A stretch of 63,899 bases of DNA, filler included. It is 5 parts of 5 records of this genome, joined end to end, with 100 filler letters (N's around TTAATTAATTAA, not from the genome) between each part and the next. Parts side by side here need not be neighbours in the genome. Positions count along the whole stretch, not along the records: positions 8,332 to 30,276 come from SRR31156797_6368; positions 30,377 to 39,035 come from SRR31156797_6380; 3 more parts are not named here. The stretch is one strand, 5' to 3'. The first letter of the stretch is position 1. Every line of letters starts with the position of its first letter. Positions 20,237 to 30,662 of this stretch are shown piece by piece. A program made the position numbers and the translations under genes. Below the pieces are notes generated by a model that worked only from the letters and a program-made list of their open reading frames with translations, ran no database searches and had not been told where the DNA came from.

Positions 20237-22402
20237 ATGATCAACATTTTCAAGGAACTGAGCCGGTTCCAATCCGGCGATATGGTCGTCCTGTACTGGG
20301 TGGATGAGGAGAGCTCCGTTCCGGGGCTGACTGTCTGTCCCGCCGGAATGGAAGGGGACTTCGCCGCCAGGCGTAAGGATATCAACGATCTGCCCTCGGT
20401 GAATCCCCTTCACAGGGTGTTTGAGGAGCATTTTCCGGCCTGTCATGCGGAGAATCTGGTACAGCTGAAGCTGGTAGGAGATCCCTACCCGGGAAGCTAC
20501 GCCGGCGGTACCACCATGCGGAACAGCTTCTCTTCTTTTCAATTGACGCTAGACGGTCAGCGGGCGGCCCGTTCCGGGAGGGAGACTCACATCGTCACCG
20601 TCCTGAAGGACAAGCGCGGGATCAATGCGGAGCACCATCTGCTCCTGAACGAGGACTCTCCCTATATGGAGTCGTGGACGGAGCTGGAAAACGCTTCGGG
20701 CGGGGCAATCGAAATCGAGATGCTCTCCAGCTTCTCCCTGGGGGGGCTTTCTCCCTTCCAGAGGGATGAGGGTACGGGCAAATACTTTGCCCACCGTTTT
20801 CTCAGCACCTGGAGCGCCGAGGGGCGCCATGAGGTCCTCCCTGTGGAGAAGATGAATCTGGAGCGGTCCTGGAACAATCACGGCGCGCGGAGTTTCCGCT
20901 TCGGACAGCTCGGATCCATGCCTGTTAAGGGGAGTTTCCCCTTTGCCGCTCTGGAGGACAGGGAGTTCGGCGTGTTCTGGGGAGCCCAGGTCGCCCATCC
21001 CGGCTCCTGGCAGCTCGAGATCTCCCGCAAGGGGGATCTTATGAATATCAGCGGAGGCCTGGCGGACCGGGAGCTGGGGCACTGGACGAAGGGCCTGGCA
21101 GGGGGTGAGAGATTTGTAACTCCCAGGGCCGTCCTCTCCTGCTGCCGCGGAGACATCCAGGATCTTACGTGTAGGATGGTCCGCTATCAGGAGGACAGGG
21201 AGTCTGTCCCTCCCTCTGAGAGTTCCCTCCCCATACTCTTTAACGACTGGTGCACCACCTGGGGAGATCCCAGTCAGGAGAATATCCTGAAACTGGCCGA
21301 CCGCCTTCAGGGGACGGAGGTGGGGTACCTGGTTATGGATGACGGGTGGTTCAACGACGGCAGCGGCTGTCAGAAGGGGATCGGCGACTGGAACGTATCG
21401 GGCGCCAACTACCCCCGGGGCCTGAGGTATCTTGCGGATACCCTCCGCGGCAAGGGATTCATCCCCGGCGTCTGGTTCGAGATGGAGTGCTGTACCGAGG
21501 GCTCCGAGGCCTTTGAGCTGACCGAGCATATGCTGCACCGGGACGGCCATGTCCTGCAGTGCGATAAGCGCCGCTTCTGGGACTTCCGGGATCCCTGGGT
21601 TCATGACTATCTCTACGGCAAGGTCATTGCTTTGATGAAGGAGAACGGACTTTCCTATATCAAAACAGACTACAACGATACCATCGGTCTGGGCTGCGAC
21701 GGAGCCGACTCCCCGGGGGAAGGTCTGAGGGCCCATCTCGAAGGGGTTCAGTCCTTCTACAGGAGGATGCGGCAGGAGATTCCCGAGCTAGTGATCGAGG
21801 TCTGTTCCTCCGGGGGGCACCGCCTGGAGCCGTCCTGGATGAACCTGGCCTCCATGGGCGGTTTTTCGGACAGCCACGAAGGGGCGGACATCCCCATCAT
21901 TGCGGCTAACACGCAGATGATGATCCCCGCAAGAAAGAATCAGATCTGGGCCGTCCTGCGGGAGGAGGACTCGCTGCAGCGTCTCCGCTACTCCCTGGCC
22001 GCCACCTTTCTGGGACGGATGTGTTTGTCCGGAGACATCCACACCCTGTCCGGGGAGCAGATGGAGGTCGTCCGCAAGGGGATGGCCCTCTACCGGAAGG
22101 TCGCTGGGATCATCGCCGAGGGGGATTCACGCCGCTTCGGCCCCTCTCTGTTGAGTTATACCCGGCCGGAGGGATGGCAGGCCGTGCTGCGCAGGGCGCG
22201 CGGCGGGGACGGCGCCTATGCGGTTATCCACAGCTTCGGGAAGGCCCCCCCGTCTCTCTCGTTTCCTCTGGAGGGGGGCTGGGAGATCTGCGGGAGCTTC
22301 GGGGCCGGCGATCTCTCCTGTGTCGTCGAAGGCGAAGAGCTTCGTATCGAGGGGTTGAGTGATTTCACCGGTCTGGTGGTCGCGCTGAAGCGGAAGGGCT
22401 GA
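20237..22402 (+). CDS. Alpha-galactosidase, GH36
   Basis: FNDWCTTW, VMDDGWF, GDW, nucleophile motif YIKTDYN, and EVCSSGGHR. Confidence 0.9.
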   Translation: MINIFKELSRFQSGDMVVLYWVDEESSVPGLTVCPAGMEGDFAARRKDINDLPSVNPLHRVFEEHFPACHAENLVQLKLVGDPYPGSYAGGTTMRNSFSSFQLTLDGQRAARSGRETHIVTVLKDKRGINAEHHLLLNEDSPYMESWTELENASGGAIEIEMLSSFSLGGLSPFQRDEGTGKYFAHRFLSTWSAEGRHEVLPVEKMNLERSWNNHGARSFRFGQLGSMPVKGSFPFAALEDREFGVFWGAQVAHPGSWQLEISRKGDLMNISGGLADRELGHWTKGLAGGERFVTPRAVLSCCRGDIQDLTCRMVRYQEDRESVPPSESSLPILFNDWCTTWGDPSQENILKLADRLQGTEVGYLVMDDGWFNDGSGCQKGIGDWNVSGANYPRGLRYLADTLRGKGFIPGVWFEMECCTEGSEAFELTEHMLHRDGHVLQCDKRRFWDFRDPWVHDYLYGKVIALMKENGLSYIKTDYNDTIGLGCDGADSPGEGLRAHLEGVQSFYRRMRQEIPELVIEVCSSGGHRLEPSWMNLASMGGFSDSHEGADIPIIAANTQMMIPARKNQIWAVLREEDSLQRLRYSLAATFLGRMCLSGDIHTLSGEQMEVVRKGMALYRKVAGIIAEGDSRRFGPSLLSYTRPEGWQAVLRRARGGDGAYAVIHSFGKAPPSLSFPLEGGWEICGSFGAGDLSCVVEGEELRIEGLSDFTGLVVALKRKG

Positions 22403-22623
22403 TCAGGGACAGAGCCTGTCCTGGAAAGCGGGAAGAACGCGGTCCCGGCGCTCCCGGTTGCGCTTTCCCTCCGATTCCCGGTAGCGCAGATCGGCGGCCG
22501 GGAGGATCAGAATTGCCCGGGGACGCGGGAGCGGCCTTCAGTTGAACGCTACCCTGGCTGTTGCGTCTCCATCTGTTCTGATTCCTTGTATTCGGGCCGG
22601 ATCGTCGCCATGGGAGCGCGGAT

Positions 22624-23709
22624 TCAATCGAAGAGTTCCAGATCAGAAGGGATGACCTTCTTGATGGTGATGCCGCTGCGGTCCGATTTGAGTTCCATCA
22701 GGGTTTTGGCTCCCTCGTAGCCCATCTGGTAGAAGGGCTGAACCACGCGCATAACCTGCTTCAGGTTCTTGAAGTTGTCCGGAAGGGAGTCATAACAGGC
22801 GGCCTCTATCTTCTGCTTCAGCTGCATAAGCCCGACAGCCTCATCCGCCAGTCTGAGAAGGGGGGTGTTCAGGGCTATGACGGCGCTGAAGTCGCCGAGG
22901 CTCTCCAGCTGCTCCTTCATAAGCAGAACCCTGTCTTCCTTATTCATGGTGTCGATGGTCCGGTCTCTGATGGACAGATCATTGATGGATAGCCGGTTGC
23001 GGGAGGGAATCTCAACGCCCTTGTCTCTGAGGCAGTCGTCAACCCCTTCTATCCTCTCTCTCATACTGGTGCAGAGGATTCCCGTCAGGAGGGCTATCCG
23101 TCTGTGCCCGCGGTCCAGAACTGCCTCGGTCATTCTGTAAGCGGACTCCCTGTTATTGGTGATCACATAGCTGGAGGAGACTCCGGGAATATAGCGGTCC
23201 ACCAGAATATAGGGGATTCCCTTTTCCTCCATCTGTTTCAGAAATGCCATATTCTTCTCTATGTAGTGCTCATCAATAACGGGGGAAAAGATAAAACCGT
23301 CAATGGGCCTGGAGGCCAGGGAGTCGAAGTACTCCTCCACCCTGCGGATATTTTGATAGGTGTTGCAGTAGACCGTATGCTTTTTATACTTCCACAGGCA
23401 GTCTTCTATGCCCTGGAGCATGTTCTCGTCATAGTTGGCGGTAGATTGGTCGATGGCCACCCCCATCAGGTCGGACAGCTCCGCTTCGTCCTTCCTGTGG
23501 GTCACGAAGGTGCCGCGTTTGCCCGGAATATGCTCCAGGTATCCGTCGGAAACCAGATCCTCAACCGCCCGTCTCGCGGTGATTCTACTCACATCATATC
23601 GCAGGGCCAGCTCCCTTTCTGACAGAATCTTGGTCCCCGCCGTCCAAGAGTAGTCCCTTATCTTCTCTGTAAGAATATTTTTCAGTTTCTCGTATTTATA
23701 ATCTTTCAC
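22624..23709 (-). CDS. GntR-HTH / LacI-type regulator (paralogue of 17597..18694)
   Basis: SERELALRYDVSRITARRAVEDL HTH; shares GIEDCLWK and VEEYF with the first regulator. Confidence 0.9.
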   Translation of the reverse strand: MKDYKYEKLKNILTEKIRDYSWTAGTKILSERELALRYDVSRITARRAVEDLVSDGYLEHIPGKRGTFVTHRKDEAELSDLMGVAIDQSTANYDENMLQGIEDCLWKYKKHTVYCNTYQNIRRVEEYFDSLASRPIDGFIFSPVIDEHYIEKNMAFLKQMEEKGIPYILVDRYIPGVSSSYVITNNRESAYRMTEAVLDRGHRRIALLTGILCTSMRERIEGVDDCLRDKGVEIPSRNRLSINDLSIRDRTIDTMNKEDRVLLMKEQLESLGDFSAVIALNTPLLRLADEAVGLMQLKQKIEAACYDSLPDNFKNLKQVMRVVQPFYQMGYEGAKTLMELKSDRSGITIKKVIPSDLELFD

Positions 23710-23753
23710 CTGTTGCTCGCTTTCGGCTGTTTCAGAGTTTCAGTATATATTTT

Positions 23754-23913
23754 GGTTATAACCGTAATGGTACTATTACGGCTAATGGTATTATGAATAG
23801 GGGTATTTGTACAGGTTCGGACCTATAAAATTTCTTGACAACTGATTTAAGCCACCTTAGTATATGACTGGTTATAGCCAAAAAGAGGTAGTGGTATTAT
23901 TATAATGATACCA
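23754..23913. promoter_or_regulatory. Promoter and operator palindromes of the second sugar cluster
   Basis: TTGACA(23835)-17-TAGTAT(23858); GGTTATAACC at 23754 and GGTTATAGCC at 23870; near-palindromes at 23762-23781 and 23892-23913. Confidence 0.7.
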
Positions 23914-23966
23914 TTAAAAGTTTGAATCAATCATTGAAGACGGAGAAATCCGAAAAGGAGACACAT

Positions 23967-25316
23967 GTGAAGAAAGGCATCATTCTATTGATCGTTTGTA
24001 TGGCAGCCCCGTACCTGTTCGCATCCGGAGGACAGGAGGGTGACGATGCTCAGACTCTGACCGTCACCTACAGTGACCATATGAGTGAGTTCATGGACCC
24101 GGCCATCGAAAAATTCGAGGCTGAAACAGGGGTTACCGTAGAGTCCGTTATCATTCCCCAGGGAGTGAATGCCGATGAAAAGGTCGCCCTCGACCTGGCC
24201 GGAGGGATCGCCACGGATGTATTTATTATGGATACCTATCGTGTCCCCGAGTTTGCCGAAGCCGGCTATATCAAGGACCTGACTCCCTATACCGAGGGCT
24301 GGAAGGACTACCAGGCGATCCACAGCGGCTTGAAGGATGTCTGCAACTTCAACGGCGGCGTATACGCGGTTCCCCATCAGACCGACGTCCGCATGCTCTG
24401 GTACTACCGCCCCGCACTGGAATCCATCGGCCTCCCCGGAGACTGGACGCCCTCCGACTGGAACGAACTCCTCGACGCCGCCGAAAAGATCAAGAAGGCC
24501 AATCCCTCTATGGAGTATCCCATCTACCTGCCCACGGGAACCAAGATGGGTGAAGCCACCACCATGCAGGGATTCTATATGCTCCTTCTCGGCGCCGATA
24601 CCGAAAGCCATGACGCCAACCGTCTGAGGGACCGTGAGCAGCAGAAGTGGATCGGCAAGAGCCCCGCGCTGCTGAAAACCCTCGGATTCTACAACACCGT
24701 ATTCAATGAGAAGAAGCTCTCCAATACGGACCTCTACTACACGCCTGACTTCTGGGGAGACGCCCGCATCGCCATGGCCGGAGGCAACACCGGTTTTATG
24801 CTGGGCGGCTCCTGGGAGTACAGGCGCTTCCTGATCGCCAACGGTGAACCCGATACACTCCCCGATACGCCCCATGAGCTCTTCGGCTGGGCTCCCTTCC
24901 CCGGTTCCGGCGTCAGCGGCGGCAAGGATTTTACCTGCATATCCGGCGGCTGGGGATTCGCCGTAAACGAAGCCACCGATAAGGAAGAGCTGGCTGTGAA
25001 ACTGGTGAAGGCTGTGATCGAGCCCGAGTTCCTGTCTCAGTACCTCGTCCACAAGGGACGGACCACAACCAGCAAGGACATCTCCGAGATGGACATATAT
25101 AAGGAGCAGGTCTATCTGAAGGAAACCTCCGATCAGCTGCTGCCCTATACCACCGGCCGCGACACCTATCCCGGTTACTCCAAGGTCTCCCTCTTCGTTC
25201 AGCAGGCCACCGAAGCCATTCTGGACGGTCAGACACCCCAGGCCGCCATGGATCAGTACTATGACAATATGGTTGCGGAGTTCGGAGAAGATCAGGTTCT
25301 GGATCTGACCAAGTAA
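23967..25316 (+). CDS. Carbohydrate ABC transporter substrate-binding protein
   Basis: GTG start after AAGGAG; signal ending LFASGGQE; YAVPHQTDVRMLWY and SGGWGFAV motifs. Confidence 0.9.
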   Translation: MKKGIILLIVCMAAPYLFASGGQEGDDAQTLTVTYSDHMSEFMDPAIEKFEAETGVTVESVIIPQGVNADEKVALDLAGGIATDVFIMDTYRVPEFAEAGYIKDLTPYTEGWKDYQAIHSGLKDVCNFNGGVYAVPHQTDVRMLWYYRPALESIGLPGDWTPSDWNELLDAAEKIKKANPSMEYPIYLPTGTKMGEATTMQGFYMLLLGADTESHDANRLRDREQQKWIGKSPALLKTLGFYNTVFNEKKLSNTDLYYTPDFWGDARIAMAGGNTGFMLGGSWEYRRFLIANGEPDTLPDTPHELFGWAPFPGSGVSGGKDFTCISGGWGFAVNEATDKEELAVKLVKAVIEPEFLSQYLVHKGRTTTSKDISEMDIYKEQVYLKETSDQLLPYTTGRDTYPGYSKVSLFVQQATEAILDGQTPQAAMDQYYDNMVAEFGEDQVLDLTK

Positions 25317-25346
25317 TCATCTGACACTTTTAAGAAACATCTTAAT

Positions 25347-25381
25347 CGGGACGACCTCTCCCATCCATTGAGGCCGTCCCG
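25347..25381 (+). terminator. Stem-loop after the SBP gene
   Basis: Inverted repeat CGGGACGACCTC...GAGGCCGTCCCG with no strong U tract. Confidence 0.45.
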
Positions 25382-25395
25382 AATGGAGGCTTATC

Positions 25396-26271
25396 ATGGT
25401 AGGCGTTTCCCGAAAATCCCTGTTCATCGCTATGATCCCCTTTGTCCTGATGGTGTGCGTTCTCGTGGTCTGTTCGCTGTGGACCGTATCGACCAGCTTC
25501 ACCAACTTCGCCCTTATAGGGAAGGCGGCCAAGAATCCCGAGTTCGTGGGGCTCAAGAATTATCAGAACCTGTTCCGGACGAATTTTCTGATTCATTCCA
25601 TTAATATCACCGGAATATACACCCTGTTTTCCGCCCTGATCGGTCAGAGCCTTCTGGGATTCACCTTTGCCATAATCCTGAGGCAGCCCCAGATCCGGTT
25701 CAAGAAATTCTTCGAGGCCGTCTTCGTCACCAGCTGGGTGGTTCCCGATATCGTCATCTCCTTCATGTGGGGGGCCTTCGGTTCCAAGGCGGGTTTTTTG
25801 AATGTGATCCTCTCTCCTCTGGGTATGGAACCCATCAACTGGATCACCACCGAACCGCTTCTGACGATCATCATCGCCAATATCTGGAAGGGAACGGCCT
25901 GGTCCTATATGCTTCTGTCCGCGTCCCTGGATACGGTTCCTCCCCATCTGAATGAGGCCGCCTCCATCGACGGCGCCTCCCGCTGGCAGACCCTGTTCAG
26001 GATCACCATCCCCTACATCTACCAGTCCATCCTAGTTAACCTACTGCTCATCACCATCTGGACCTTCGGTCAGTTCGCCCTGATCTACGGAATCACCGGA
26101 GGCGGACCGGGCAATGCCACCAAGGTCATCTCCATCCTCCTCTACAAGGAGGCCTTCGAATCCTTCGAGTTCGGTTACGGTACGGCTATCTCTCTGATCA
26201 TGACCCTGATCATCGGCTGCTTCGCTTGCGTGTACTTCTACTTTATGAAAAAGGCGGATAACAATGTGTAA
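25396..26271 (+). CDS. Carbohydrate ABC transporter permease (MalF-like)
   Basis: EAASIDGAS motif. Confidence 0.92.
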   Translation: MVGVSRKSLFIAMIPFVLMVCVLVVCSLWTVSTSFTNFALIGKAAKNPEFVGLKNYQNLFRTNFLIHSINITGIYTLFSALIGQSLLGFTFAIILRQPQIRFKKFFEAVFVTSWVVPDIVISFMWGAFGSKAGFLNVILSPLGMEPINWITTEPLLTIIIANIWKGTAWSYMLLSASLDTVPPHLNEAASIDGASRWQTLFRITIPYIYQSILVNLLLITIWTFGQFALIYGITGGGPGNATKVISILLYKEAFESFEFGYGTAISLIMTLIIGCFACVYFYFMKKADNNV

Positions 26272-27076
26272 AAAAAATGCCCTCTTCATACCTGTATATC
26301 TTTTTCTCACGGTCGTCGCCTTTTTCTGGCTCAGCCCCTTCTCCTGGCTTTTTCTGACCTCCCTGAATCCCCATGGAACGGGAGCCTTCGTTCTGCCGGA
26401 ACGCCTGGTCCTGGACAACTTCGCAGAGGTCTTCGCCACGGATTCCCTCAGGTGGCTGCTCAACAGTATCGTGATCTCCATCGGCGCTGCGACCTTCTCG
26501 GTTGTGGTCTCTCTCTTTGCGGCCTATCCCTTTTCCAGGCTGAAATTCAAGGGGAAGGACACCATCCTCTGGGGGCTGCTCGTTATCCGCATCATTCCCG
26601 TGACAGCCCTGCTCCTGCCCCTCTTCCTGTTCAGCATCAAGATTCACTGGCTCAATACCTGGGGACTGATCTTCGCGGTGACCGTATTGAATCTGCCCTT
26701 CAGCCTCCTGCTGTTGAAGAACTTCTATGATACGGTCCCTGTCACCTATGAAGAGGCGGCTCTCATAGACGGGGCCTCTCTTACCCAGACCATCACCAGG
26801 ATCCTCTGGCCCATGGCCAAGTCCGGGATTACGGTCATCTGGTTCTGGACCTTCAATATGGCCTGGAATAACTTTATTTTGCCTCTCATCTTCCTGAGGA
26901 ATCCCAAAACCTGGCCCATGTCTGTGGGACTCTATTCATCCTTCGGGATGCATGGGGAGATCAACTACGGATTCCTCTCGGCCTTTTCCATCATCTATGC
27001 CATCCCCACGGTGATCGTGTTCTTCACCGTGCGGAGAAAGCTGATGAGCGGATTAACCGGAACGGGTCTGAAATAG
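26264..27076 (+). CDS. Carbohydrate ABC transporter permease (MalG-like)
   Basis: EEAALIDGAS and WNNFILP motifs. Confidence 0.92.
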   Translation: MCKKNALFIPVYLFLTVVAFFWLSPFSWLFLTSLNPHGTGAFVLPERLVLDNFAEVFATDSLRWLLNSIVISIGAATFSVVVSLFAAYPFSRLKFKGKDTILWGLLVIRIIPVTALLLPLFLFSIKIHWLNTWGLIFAVTVLNLPFSLLLLKNFYDTVPVTYEEAALIDGASLTQTITRILWPMAKSGITVIWFWTFNMAWNNFILPLIFLRNPKTWPMSVGLYSSFGMHGEINYGFLSAFSIIYAIPTVIVFFTVRRKLMSGLTGTGLK

Positions 27077-27114
27077 GCTCCGGCCCTAACTCAAAGATAA
27101 TAAAGGAAGTCCCT

Positions 27115-30100
27115 ATGATTCACTTTAAAGCGGTAGATCCCAAACTCTGCCTTCAGCAGCTCAAGCACTTTCTGGAAACCATCGGAGAGAGCCACTATAA
27201 GGAAAGGATCGATCTGGAGGTCCTCTATACCTACGATCCCGAGACCCCCATCCCCCTGGACAGCCTGGAGGAGAGGAGCTTCAAGGTCCTGAAAAAGGGA
27301 GAGGTCTGGGGGGAGCTCTGGGGCTCAGCCTGGATGAAGTTTCATGGAACCGTTCCCGATCACTGGGCGGACGGAGAGGTGGCGGCCCTCATCGATATCG
27401 AGGCTGAGGGCTGCGTCTTCAGAGACGGCAGCCCCTATCAGGGGCTGACCCATAAATTCGATCGTCTCGCCTTTCACAGAAAGCGGCGCGTCCCTCTGTT
27501 CCCCAAGGCCGGGGGCGGTGAGTCCATCGATATCCTTATGGAGGCGGCGGCGAACCAGATCTTCGGTCAGTGGGGGGGCAATGAGTTCCGTCTGAAACAG
27601 GCCGAAGCGGCTCTGTTCGATGCGGAGCGCTGGGCCTATATCCTGGATTTCCGCTTCCTTCTGGACCTGCTCGAAACCCTCCCCGAGGCCTCGGTCAGAA
27701 CAAAGAAGATCCGTATGGGTCTGATCCGGGTCATGGCCCTGTGGGAGGACGGAGAGGGCCTTGAGGAGAGCCGGGCCGTCCTGACCGGGCTGCTGAACAG
27801 CCGGGCCCATGACTCGGCCCTGAACTCCTGTTCCCAGGGGCACGCCCATCTGGACCTGGCCTGGCTCTGGCCCCTGCGCGAAACCCGCAGAAAGGCGGGG
27901 AGAACCTTTTCCACCGCCCTCCGGATGATGGAAGAGTATCCCGAATACGGTTTCGGCGCCTCCCAGCCCCAGCTCTATCAGTGGGTGAAGGAGGACTATC
28001 CCGATCTTTACAAGCGGATCGGCGGGGCTGTGAAAGAGGGGCGCTGGGAGTGTCAGGGGGCCATGTGGGTGGAACCGGATATGAACCTGATCTCCGGAGA
28101 ATCCATGGTCCGCCAGTGCCTCTACGGGCTGGAGTTCTATGAGAAGGAGTTCGGAGTCAGGGTGAGGAATCTCTGGCTTCCCGATGTCTTCGGATTCTCT
28201 GCGGCCCTGCCCCAGATCCTGAAGAAATGCGGCGTGGATCATTTCCTGTCCATCAAGATCTCCTGGAACGATACCAACGACTTTCCCCACAGCAGCTTCT
28301 GGTGGGAGGGCATCGACGGGAGCCGCATCCTGACCCACTTCCCTCCGGCCAGAGAGTACCATACGGCCAATAAGCCCCAGGATCAGATCTTCTCTCAGGA
28401 GAACTTCAGGGAGACCGGTCTGTCCGACTCTTTTATGAACCTCTACGGGATCGGCGACGGCGGCGGAGGCCCCTCACGGGAGCATATCGAGTACGGCCTG
28501 AGAGGACGGGACTGCGAGGGAATGCCCAGAGTCCGCTTTGAGACGGCTGAGAATTTCTTTACGGCTCTGGAGGAGAATGAGGGAGAGAACCTTCCGGTAT
28601 GGAACGACGAACTCTACCTGGAATTCCACCGGGGCACCTATACCAGCCAGGCCCGGCTGAAGCAGCTCAACCGCAGGATCGAGCATCTGCTTCGGGATGC
28701 GGAGCTGCTGGCGGTTCTGACGGGCGGGATGAAGGCCTCCGACTTCGATGCCTGGTGGAAGACCCTTATGCTTCATCAGTTCCACGATATCCTTCCGGGC
28801 TCCTCCATCACAAGGGTGAACCGTGAGGCCCGGGAAGCGCTGGGGGCTCTGGAGGACGAGCTGATCCGCAGACGGGAAGGACTTTTGAGCTCGCTCTGCC
28901 GGGAATCGCAGGACGGTGAGTCCCGTGTTCTCTTCAATCCCCTGAGCTGGGAGCGGAGGGAGTTTGTCCGGCTGCCCCTGTCCGCAGGCGACGAGGCTGT
29001 CTATCAGGTCCGTAACAGCAGGGGAGACCTGCTTCCTTCCGAAAGGCTGGGGGATGATCTGTGTGCCTTTGTTTCCGTACCGTCTCTGGGATACGAGACC
29101 ATCTCTCTGCTCAGGGAGGAGAAGGGGGCTGAGCCTGCCTCATCTGAACGCCGACGGGATGGGGATTGCTGTGAAAACAGCCGGTTCCGGATCGAACTGG
29201 ACGGCAGCGGAGCCCTGACCTCCCTCTATGACAAGCTGGAGCAGCGGGAGTGGCTCTCGGGACGGGCGAACCGGCTCCTCCTCTGGGAGGATGATCCCTA
29301 TCGATGGGATGCCTGGGAGATCTCTCCCTACTACAGGAATACAGAGCCTCAGGAGGCCGTTCTGATAGACCGGCAGATCATATCCAATGGAATGATCACC
29401 GAGATCGTTCAGAATCTGAAGATCGGACGTTCCGACATCCGCCAGACCATCACCCTCAGGGAGGAGTCTCCCGTGGTTGAGATCGCCAACAGGATCGACT
29501 GGAAAGAGGAGCACAGGATGCTCAAGGTCCATGCGGAGGCGGCCATCCGCAGCGATCAGGCCAGCTATGAGATACAGTACGGGACGATCAAGCGTTCCGC
29601 AAGGAACAACAACAGCTGGCAGCAGGCCCAGTTCGAGGTTCCGGGGCACCGCTTCGCGGACCTGTCCAATGAGAAGGAAGGATTCGCATTGCTCAATGAC
29701 TCCTCCTTCGGCTACAGGATCAAAGACGGAGAGCTGGAGCAGACCCTGCTCCGCAGCGCCCGTGATCCCGATGCCGAGGCCGATACGGGCATCCATACCC
29801 TGCGCTACGCCTATATGCCCCATCGGGGCGGGTGCGGAGAGGCGGAGGTTCTGAAGAGGGCTCATGAACTGAACGCGCCGATCCTCATTGCAGCGGGAGA
29901 GCCGGATACGGCAGGGGGGCATAGCATGAACCGGAGTCTCTACTCTCTGGAAGGAGAGGGGGTCAAGATTGAGGTGGTGAAACCCTCCCGGGACGGAACG
30001 GGGACGGTGCTGCGCCTCTATGAGACCGAAGGAACAAGGCGGTCGGTGACTCTCTGCTCCGACAGGGCGTGGACAAGCGTTACTGAAACGGATCTGCTGG

Positions 30101-30189
30101 AGAATCCGGGTGAACCGGTCACAACATCGGACGGGGGAGCCTCTCTGGACTTCGGCCCCTTTGAGATACGGACCTTTCTGATCCGGTAA
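27115..30189 (+). CDS. Alpha-mannosidase, GH38
   Basis: GHAHLDLAWLWP, WLPDVFG, GDGGGGP, ELYLEFHRGTYT and QFHDILPGS motifs. Confidence 0.95.
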   Translation: MIHFKAVDPKLCLQQLKHFLETIGESHYKERIDLEVLYTYDPETPIPLDSLEERSFKVLKKGEVWGELWGSAWMKFHGTVPDHWADGEVAALIDIEAEGCVFRDGSPYQGLTHKFDRLAFHRKRRVPLFPKAGGGESIDILMEAAANQIFGQWGGNEFRLKQAEAALFDAERWAYILDFRFLLDLLETLPEASVRTKKIRMGLIRVMALWEDGEGLEESRAVLTGLLNSRAHDSALNSCSQGHAHLDLAWLWPLRETRRKAGRTFSTALRMMEEYPEYGFGASQPQLYQWVKEDYPDLYKRIGGAVKEGRWECQGAMWVEPDMNLISGESMVRQCLYGLEFYEKEFGVRVRNLWLPDVFGFSAALPQILKKCGVDHFLSIKISWNDTNDFPHSSFWWEGIDGSRILTHFPPAREYHTANKPQDQIFSQENFRETGLSDSFMNLYGIGDGGGGPSREHIEYGLRGRDCEGMPRVRFETAENFFTALEENEGENLPVWNDELYLEFHRGTYTSQARLKQLNRRIEHLLRDAELLAVLTGGMKASDFDAWWKTLMLHQFHDILPGSSITRVNREAREALGALEDELIRRREGLLSSLCRESQDGESRVLFNPLSWERREFVRLPLSAGDEAVYQVRNSRGDLLPSERLGDDLCAFVSVPSLGYETISLLREEKGAEPASSERRRDGDCCENSRFRIELDGSGALTSLYDKLEQREWLSGRANRLLLWEDDPYRWDAWEISPYYRNTEPQEAVLIDRQIISNGMITEIVQNLKIGRSDIRQTITLREESPVVEIANRIDWKEEHRMLKVHAEAAIRSDQASYEIQYGTIKRSARNNNSWQQAQFEVPGHRFADLSNEKEGFALLNDSSFGYRIKDGELEQTLLRSARDPDAEADTGIHTLRYAYMPHRGGCGEAEVLKRAHELNAPILIAAGEPDTAGGHSMNRSLYSLEGEGVKIEVVKPSRDGTGTVLRLYETEGTRRSVTLCSDRAWTSVTETDLLENPGEPVTTSDGGASLDFGPFEIRTFLIR

Positions 30190-30192
30190 TCA

Positions 30193-30276
30193 TCAGCTCA
30201 GGGGTACGGGGATCAGCCAGTCCAGGAAATCGGGGAGAACGCCGTCCCAGTACTCCCAGTTGTGCTTCCCCTCCGA
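30193..30276 (-). CDS. C-terminal fragment of an alpha/beta-hydrolase esterase (CE1/tributyrin esterase-like)
   Basis: Translates SEGKHNWEYWDGVLPDFLDWLIPVPLS*, containing the catalytic-His motif GxHxWxYW; cut by the contig end. Confidence 0.7.
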   Translation of the reverse strand, partial: SEGKHNWEYWDGVLPDFLDWLIPVPLS

Positions 30277-30376
30277 NNNNNNNNNNNNNNNNNNNNNNNN
30301 NNNNNNNNNNNNNNNNNNNNTTAATTAATTAANNNNNNNNNNNNNNNNNNNNNNNNNNNNNNNNNNNNNNNNNNNN
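30277..30376. other. Artificial contig spacer
   Basis: N44-TTAATTAATTAA-N44. Confidence 0.99.
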
Positions 30377-30434
30377 ATGACAAATTCACGCTAATCCGCG
30401 ATGACCTAGTTTTTTGAAGTAAAAGGAGGCAGAA

Positions 30435-30662
30435 ATGGAACCGGATAAAATAACAGCTGAAATAAACAGATTGAGCCTACCGCAAAAATTGATCCTGGCT
30501 CAGGATATTTGGGATTCCATTGCCTTGGAGAGCGGCAAATTACCCATGCCGGAATGGCAAAAAATTGAGCTTGAAAAAAGATATGGCCATTACAAACAGG
30601 GCAAAATGGAACTGCACGACTGGCGGGAAATTCACAACGGGTTGCGGGAAAGACGCAAATGA
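30435..30662 (+). CDS. Addiction module antitoxin (unstable antitoxin family)
   Basis: 75 aa with LSLPQKLILAQDIWDSI..MPEWQKIELEKR pattern; ATGA overlap with the toxin gene. Confidence 0.85.
   Translation: MEPDKITAEINRLSLPQKLILAQDIWDSIALESGKLPMPEWQKIELEKRYGHYKQGKMELHDWREIHNGLRERRK

Noticed and set aside
22403-22623. GC-rich intergenic region with short partial inverted repeats
   Set aside because: No consistent long stem or known RNA motif could be identified by eye.
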